From: an uncultured virus (IMG/VR IMGVR_UViG_3300011612_000001)
Taxonomy: Duplodnaviria > Heunggongvirae > Uroviricota > Caudoviricetes
Direction: 5' to 3' (one strand)
Length of the DNA: 64,000 bases
IMG/VR virus record: IMGVR_UViG_3300011612_000001
Span: 1 to 64,000 of that record
Below are positions 58,515 to 64,000 of the stretch, piece by piece. The notes under the pieces are model-generated. The model was not told the origin of the DNA and made no database searches. It worked only from the letters and a program-made list of their open reading frames with translations. The first letter of the stretch is position 1. Each line of letters starts with the position of its first letter. A program made the position numbers and the translations under genes.

Positions 58515-59099
58515 ATGGATGAAATATGGATTCCTGTATCAATCTGCCCGGACTATGAAGTAAGCAACATGGGAAATGTTAGGTCTGTAGATAGGACTGT
58601 TATTTGTAATTCAAGTAACAGAGCTAAAGAATACAAAAGATTCTTTAAAGGTAGAAAAATAAATCCATTCATTTGCAAATCTACTGGATATTTTCAGATA
58701 AGAGTTAAGAAAAGGAAATGCAATGTCCATCGGCTTGTAGCATTTGCGCATTGCAAAGGTTATTCAGATGGCCTCGTTGTTAATCATAAAAACGGAATTA
58801 GAAGCGATAATAGGGCTGAAAATCTGGAATGGGTTACTCAGTCAGAAAATAACCTTCATGCATTTAGAGTTAATGGGCGAGTTCCCACATCGCTTGGGAA
58901 ATTCAGCGGGCAACACCCTACCAGTAAGGCAGTTATTTCAGTAGATATGAAAACTGGAGAGGAAAAATTTTATGAAGCAGCAATGGATGCGGTAAGGGAG
59001 GGGTTCGACAGCTCTTCTATTAGCAGGTGCTGCCACGGTGAGACCGCTTACCACAAGGGACGATATTGGCGTTTCGCAAATGAAAAGGCGGCGGCATGA
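58515..59099 (+). CDS. NUMOD4-HNH homing endonuclease
   Basis: YEVSNMGNVRS; VHRLVA..VNHKNG..DNRAENLEW. Confidence 0.88.
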   Translation: MDEIWIPVSICPDYEVSNMGNVRSVDRTVICNSSNRAKEYKRFFKGRKINPFICKSTGYFQIRVKKRKCNVHRLVAFAHCKGYSDGLVVNHKNGIRSDNRAENLEWVTQSENNLHAFRVNGRVPTSLGKFSGQHPTSKAVISVDMKTGEEKFYEAAMDAVREGFDSSSISRCCHGETAYHKGRYWRFANEKAAA

Positions 59100-59272
59100 C
59101 ACGACGACGAAGCGTTACCCAAATAGCGATAGACAATATGATTTTCCGCGTCACCACCCGCACTAAACGCAAGCCAGAACCAAACCCATCCGACATTAAA
59201 TCATTCCCGTATACCGCTCATCTCACCCAGGTGAAATGGGACCGTATGCGTGCGAGGAAAAGACATGACTGA
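59096..59272 (+). CDS. NinE-like protein
   Basis: IDNMIFRV..PSDIKSFPYTAHLTQVKW. Confidence 0.65.
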   Translation: MTRRRSVTQIAIDNMIFRVTTRTKRKPEPNPSDIKSFPYTAHLTQVKWDRMRARKRHD

Positions 59273-59498
59273 CAATGTAAATCATCCCGATCATTACACA
59301 CAGGCTGGCATTGAGTGCATAGACGCCATATCTGCCGCCACCATTAACAAGCATGGTATTCAGTCCGTGTGTGTCGCTAACGTGATCAAATATCTTTGGC
59401 GCTACGAGAAAAAGAATGGGCTGGAAGATGTGAAAAAAGCCCGCTGGTATCTGGAGCGATTAGTTCTGGAACTGGAGGCCAAAAATGCTTTCTCCTGA
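59265..59498 (+). CDS. DUF3310 protein (T7 gp1.7-like nucleotide kinase domain)
   Basis: VNHPDHY..IECID..KYLWRYEKKNGLEDVKKARWY. Confidence 0.8.
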   Translation: MTDNVNHPDHYTQAGIECIDAISAATINKHGIQSVCVANVIKYLWRYEKKNGLEDVKKARWYLERLVLELEAKNAFS

Positions 59499-59664
59499 AT
59501 CCATCCGCCAGTATCAGGCCGAAAGTAATTGTCGCGCCGGATACTGCCTGCATTGCGGAACGATACTCGCGATGGTTGAAACTTATGTATGCGACCAGTG
59601 CGCCATAAACCTTTATCCGGACCCCAACACCACCATGTTTGATGAGGACGAGGAAGATGGTTAG
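59485..59664 (+). CDS. NinF-like protein
   Basis: MLSPESIRQYQAES..CLHC..ETYVCDQC..DPN. Confidence 0.65.
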   Translation: MLSPESIRQYQAESNCRAGYCLHCGTILAMVETYVCDQCAINLYPDPNTTMFDEDEEDG

Positions 59665-59849
59665 CAAATACAGACGTTTTCTCACTGAAAAAGAGACTGC
59701 ATACATCCGGCGTGTGGCAGGTAAAGCGCCCGCATGGGTTATTGCTCGCCAGATAAAGCGCAAAGAGAAAGACATTTTCAGCTGGGGCTCACGCAATCAC
59801 GTCAGCCTGCGAGTACCCAGTCATATTATGAATAAGTACTGGAGGGGTC

Positions 59850-60434
59850 ATGGTAAAGGCCAGGAAACCGCCTAAGCCCAAGAAATGCAAATGCTGCCCT
59901 GAAAAGTTTATCCCCCGCACTACCACACAAACAGTCTGCTCCCCCAAATGCGCACTCCATCTCGCAAAGCAACTAGCCAGACGCAAGCAAAAGCAGCAGG
60001 AAAAAGCCGAACGCGCCGCCTGGAATAAGCGCAAAGCCGATGTTAAGCCGTTAAAGCACTGGGAGGATGCAACCCAGCGTGTGGTTAACGACTACATCCG
60101 GGAAAGGGACAGGGATTTACCGTGTATCAGTTGCGGAACATGGGTAACCGTTCAGTGGGAAGCCGGTCATTTCAGGTCAAGAGGCGCAGCGTCACACCTC
60201 AGATACAACGAAGACAATATCCATAAGCAGTGTCACCGGTGCAATGCCGAACTATCAAGCAATGCCATCCCATACCGGGCTGGGCTGGTCGTGAAAATCG
60301 GCTCTCAGCGCGTCGAGGCGCTCGAAAACAACAACACCCCACACCGATACACCCGCGAAGAACTGAAGAGCATACGCATGCACTACAGGGCGTTAATGCG
60401 CGAGTTAATCAAAACCAGAGAGGAGGCAGCATGA
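59850..60434 (+). CDS. ninG: NinG/Rap endonuclease
   Basis: CISCG, AGHFRSRG, NIHKQC..CN. Confidence 0.88.
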   Translation: MVKARKPPKPKKCKCCPEKFIPRTTTQTVCSPKCALHLAKQLARRKQKQQEKAERAAWNKRKADVKPLKHWEDATQRVVNDYIRERDRDLPCISCGTWVTVQWEAGHFRSRGAASHLRYNEDNIHKQCHRCNAELSSNAIPYRAGLVVKIGSQRVEALENNNTPHRYTREELKSIRMHYRALMRELIKTREEAA

Positions 60435-60779
60435 CGACGCAAAACACTCTCGCGTTACTCAATATGTACCGGTTGATAAACGTACAGGCAGTGAGAACGC
60501 CATCAGGAATTGTTTTTATGGGAGTGAAAAACCTTCGCGAGGAGGAGAAGAGAAATCTTCTTTCCATTCCACAAGACGAGCTTGAGGCGGCTCTAAGGTG
60601 GCAGCAATGAACTCTATAACTCCCATCAACTCAGCACATAAGCGCCACAAAGACCGGGAGATGCTGGAAAGCATCCGACACCAGAAGGAGAACCTGCGAA
60701 AGGTAATTGAAGGGCTGGAGCGCCTTGAAAGGGACTTGCAGAAGAACCTTGGCATTAATCCGGACGGAGGCGACGCAGC

Positions 60780-61559
60780 ATGAGACTTGAAAGCGCCGTT
60801 AAGTTTCACTCACCCAAATCACCACAACTAACAGACTCACCCAGGGCTACAGCCTCCGAGGCGTTAACAGGTACGGATGTGATGGCGGCATTCGGCATGG
60901 TGCAGAGTCGCGCTTCGCTCGGGTTCAGTGCTTTCAGCGGCAAGATGAACCTGAGCGATAACGACAAAAGGAAAGCAGTTCAGTTACTGGTACAGCATGG
61001 GATGAAGCATTGCGACAAGGTTGCAGCCTTTCGCAAGCTCGAAACCAATATTAAGGGCAAGGTCGTGCAAACGCTCGCAACTTTCGCGTACCAGGATTAT
61101 TGCCGCTCTGCCGCCAGTCAGCTTACCTGCCCGTGCTGCAAAGGCGCAGGGGTTATCAGGAAAAAGGAAATGGTGGTAAAGCACCCGGGATGCGGAGAGA
61201 AAACCCCAGCCAAAACAGCGGAGGAAACGGTGGAGGTGACCTGCACCAAATGCAAAGGTCGTGGAGTTCTCTCGACATCGTGCGTTAAATGCAGGGGGCG
61301 CGGTGTTGCTCTGGACAGGAAGAAATCAGAAGAGCAGGGCGTGCCGGTTATGAGTCCCTGTAAGCAGTGCTCAGGGCGTGGGTATGAAAAGTTGCCAGCA
61401 GCTTCATGTTACAGAGCAATCTGCAAGTTTACCGATGCTATCTCCCCGGGCGTGTGGGATAAGGCGATCAAGCCATTCTATGAGTCATTAATACTGGAAC
61501 TCGAAAAGGAAGAATCCGCAGCAGATGCCATTTTGGCGAAAGTTACGAGCAAAGTTTGA
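60780..61559 (+). CDS. Q: Late antiterminator (Zn-finger Q type)
   Basis: LTGTDVMAAFGM, four CxxCxGxG repeats; before lysis block. Confidence 0.8.
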   Translation: MRLESAVKFHSPKSPQLTDSPRATASEALTGTDVMAAFGMVQSRASLGFSAFSGKMNLSDNDKRKAVQLLVQHGMKHCDKVAAFRKLETNIKGKVVQTLATFAYQDYCRSAASQLTCPCCKGAGVIRKKEMVVKHPGCGEKTPAKTAEETVEVTCTKCKGRGVLSTSCVKCRGRGVALDRKKSEEQGVPVMSPCKQCSGRGYEKLPAASCYRAICKFTDAISPGVWDKAIKPFYESLILELEKEESAADAILAKVTSKV

Positions 61560-61734
61560 ATCCGGTAACGATTGCACCTTGCAAAATGACGAAAGCTAGA
61601 ATATCATCGACCTAACACTATAAATCCGTCTGAATGTTACGGTGGATTTAAAGAGAAGCCCTGAGTTAATAGCTCGGGGCTTTTTCGTATCTGCACAACA
61701 GGCAATTGAGTTAAATCACTGAATATTTTCTCTA

Positions 61735-62265
61735 ATGGTGCTAGCTATGTTCATTCTACAAACCAACTATCTGGAGAAGGGGATGCGAATTAGCTATGAC
61801 ACGCTGATCGAAAAGAAAAGAGAGCTTCTCGATAAGCAATCAAAGAGAAAAGAAGAACTACAGGCTGATGCTATCGACCTGTTTAGAGAGTTTAAAGACT
61901 CTCTTAATTTGCCTGATGATTACACAATTGATTGTGAAGGCCGTAAAATTCAATATACGAGCACCTGTATCAAGAACGATTCTGGGTATTTCGAGCCTAG
62001 ACCTCCACACGCATTGCAGCCAGGTTCGGATTATCAACTCATTTTCTACATTGGTGTGATGGTTAACTCTGGCGAGCCTGGCGGAGACTGGATATTCATT
62101 CCGATTGAGATGTGGTACGAGCGAAAATCTTTGATAGTGGTGTCTGGGGTGGAGCGCGCAAGCTTAAGGGTGCACTCAGATAAGTCAGATGGTCGCTTCT
62201 TTGAAGTTGCGGCAATGATTAAACAGAGCTGCCTCAAAGCGCTGACAGATCCCCGCCTTGAGTAA
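61735..62265 (+). CDS. Moron of unknown function between Q and holin
   Basis: Lies between terminators at about 61657-61686 and 62288-62309; likely start ATG 61783. Confidence 0.65.
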   Translation: MVLAMFILQTNYLEKGMRISYDTLIEKKRELLDKQSKRKEELQADAIDLFREFKDSLNLPDDYTIDCEGRKIQYTSTCIKNDSGYFEPRPPHALQPGSDYQLIFYIGVMVNSGEPGGDWIFIPIEMWYERKSLIVVSGVERASLRVHSDKSDGRFFEVAAMIKQSCLKALTDPRLE

Positions 62266-62518
62266 CTAAATGAAAATCATCATAACAGGTCGCTAATGCG
62301 GCCTTTTTTATTGCCTTATTCGCATCAAAAAATGAGCCGAATAACTCCCTCATTCGGCTCATCAAAGCAACTCGAAAAAGAACATCCTCTTGCCCTGGCT
62401 AATGCCGGGGTTTTTATTTTCAGGCCCGGACAATCAACCCCCATCGATTGCTTAACCGAGTGTCCGTGGCCTGACCCTTCGACTACTCACAGCACCCCCT
62501 GACAACTGGAGGTGTGGA

Positions 62519-62818
62519 ATGCATCGCATGAATACAAACAACGGCTTTTGGTCGTATTTCTGGTCTTCAATAACAGGATTTCTGACCATGCTGACATTGC
62601 AGGATGTGCTGTTTGCATTTGGCGCGGTGGTCTCTGCGTTGTTCGCATGGCTGACCTACCGGTCAAACGACAGGAAAAATAAAGCCGAAACTGAAGAAAA
62701 CCGGAAGCGAACGGAAATACTCAAGGCAGCTTATGCGCGGGGTGACGTTAACAGCATCCCGGAAGCGGCAAAAATCGTTCAGGACATCGACGCGGTAATG
62801 CAGCCGCAGGATAAATAA
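62519..62818 (+). CDS. Holin
   Basis: Hydrophobic N-terminus, charged C-terminus, upstream of endolysin; GGAGG SD. Confidence 0.7.
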   Translation: MHRMNTNNGFWSYFWSSITGFLTMLTLQDVLFAFGAVVSALFAWLTYRSNDRKNKAETEENRKRTEILKAAYARGDVNSIPEAAKIVQDIDAVMQPQDK

Positions 62819-62819
62819 C

Positions 62820-63356
62820 ATGACACCGAGAAATAAGCTTAGCGCCGCTGTGCTTGGACTTATTCTGGCCGGTGCATCTGCCCCTGCAATTCTCGATCAG
62901 TTCCTGAACGAGAAAGAAGGTAACAGCCTTACCGCCTATCGTGACGGGTCCGGCATCTGGACTATTTGCCGTGGTGCCACGCAGGTAGATGGTAAGCCGG
63001 TACGTCAGGGTATGAAATTAACTCAGGCTAAATGCGACCAGGTGAATGCTGTTGAGCGAGACAAAGCGCTGGCATGGGTTCAAAGAAATATCCGCGTATC
63101 GCTGACCGAGCCCCAGAAAGCCGGTATTGCTTCTTTTTGCCCGTACAACATCGGTCCAGGTAAATGCTTCCCTTCGACGTTTTACCAGAGAATTAACGCC
63201 GGTGACCGGAAAGGTGCATGCGAGGCCATTCGCTGGTGGATCCGCGACGGCGGTAAAGACTGCCGCTTAACCAGGGGCCAGAAGAATGGCTGTTACGGTC
63301 AGGTAGAGCGACGTGACCAGGAAAGTGCGCTGGCATGCTGGGGACTGGACAAATGA
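62820..63356 (+). CDS. SAR endolysin (GH24)
   Basis: EKEGNSLTAYRDGSGIWTICRG. Confidence 0.9.
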   Translation: MTPRNKLSAAVLGLILAGASAPAILDQFLNEKEGNSLTAYRDGSGIWTICRGATQVDGKPVRQGMKLTQAKCDQVNAVERDKALAWVQRNIRVSLTEPQKAGIASFCPYNIGPGKCFPSTFYQRINAGDRKGACEAIRWWIRDGGKDCRLTRGQKNGCYGQVERRDQESALACWGLDK

Positions 63357-63805
63357 CACTGAAAGCCTGGCTGATTATCGGCATTGAACTGCTCTTATCT
63401 GTCCTGATTACTTATGTTCTGCTCGGACAAATCGTCGATGCGAAAAAACGCGCTGCTGATGCCGAGCAAAGCCTGAAGCTGGCGAACGCGACCATTAACG
63501 ACATGCAGGTGCGCCAGCGCGACGTCGCAGCACTGGATACCAAATACACACAGGAATTAGCCGATGCGAAAAAGCAGCTTGATGATTTGCAGCGTTGCGT
63601 TCGTGATGGTAAGTGCGGGTTGCGCATCAACGCCAAGTGTCCCGCGAGCGGAGCGACCAGCACCGGCGGCATGGGCGATGCTTCCTCCCCCCGACTTAAT
63701 GACTCCGCTGAACGGGATTATTTCACCCTCAGAGAGCGAATCGAAATAGTGACAAAGCAGGTTGGTTACCTGCAGGACTACATCAACACGCAGTGTCTGA
63801 AATAA
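63353..63805 (+). CDS. Rz: Rz inner-membrane spanin
   Basis: Close homologue of 38961-39413. Confidence 0.9.
   Translation: MTLKAWLIIGIELLLSVLITYVLLGQIVDAKKRAADAEQSLKLANATINDMQVRQRDVAALDTKYTQELADAKKQLDDLQRCVRDGKCGLRINAKCPASGATSTGGMGDASSPRLNDSAERDYFTLRERIEIVTKQVGYLQDYINTQCLK
63564..63749 (+). CDS. Rz1: Rz1 outer-membrane spanin (embedded)
   Basis: Lipobox SAGC, PAPAAWAM. Confidence 0.8.
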   Translation: MRKSSLMICSVAFVMVSAGCASTPSVPRAERPAPAAWAMLPPPDLMTPLNGIISPSESESK

Positions 63806-64000
63806 AAAATCTTGACCGCACTTTGCAAAGTACAAAGTCCATTAAATGAGCCTCGCGAATATGCGGGGCTTTTTTATGTCCGCAGTAAAACGCGCGTCGC
63901 AGCGCATAGATAACCCGAGTCTTTCAGAAAGCTGAGCCTGAGAACTGCCGTATATGGTGGCGACCATCTCGGGGCGGCTTTTCTGTGCGAACAGGCTCAT

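Overview
Enterobacterial chromosomal hotspot made almost entirely of mobile DNA stacked at the 3' end of tRNA-Thr(CGT) (thrW-type att copies at 1161-1195 and 13560-13603). From left to right: (1) a P4-type integrase inactivated by a frameshift and an IS5-family insertion. (2) A 12.4-kb att-flanked element (about 1161-13592) that looks like an atypical phage satellite. It has an integrase, a lambda gpE-family major capsid plus decoration protein but no portal, terminase or tail genes, a wHTH Rep candidate with a four-iteron origin, a repeat-rich 2.2-kb non-coding region, a second tyrosine recombinase and small cargo genes. It also has a roughly 420-nt structured non-coding RNA whose sigma70 promoter overlaps a perfect Fur box. 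(3) The late half of a contractile-tailed prophage transcribed leftwards (nin region, Q, three tRNAs, lysis, head, tail, O-acetyltransferase, LexA-boxed UmuD-like gene; about 13.6-44 kb). (4) A lambdoid/P22-like early region (pL operon, N, BstA-like gene, cI/cro/cII, helicase-primase, nin, Q, lysis) with late genes running rightwards to the window end. Parts 3 and 4 join head-to-head near a 26-N gap (45104-45129), so the join is either a true inversion between two prophages or a chimeric assembly. All family assignments come from reading motifs by eye; no searches were run.
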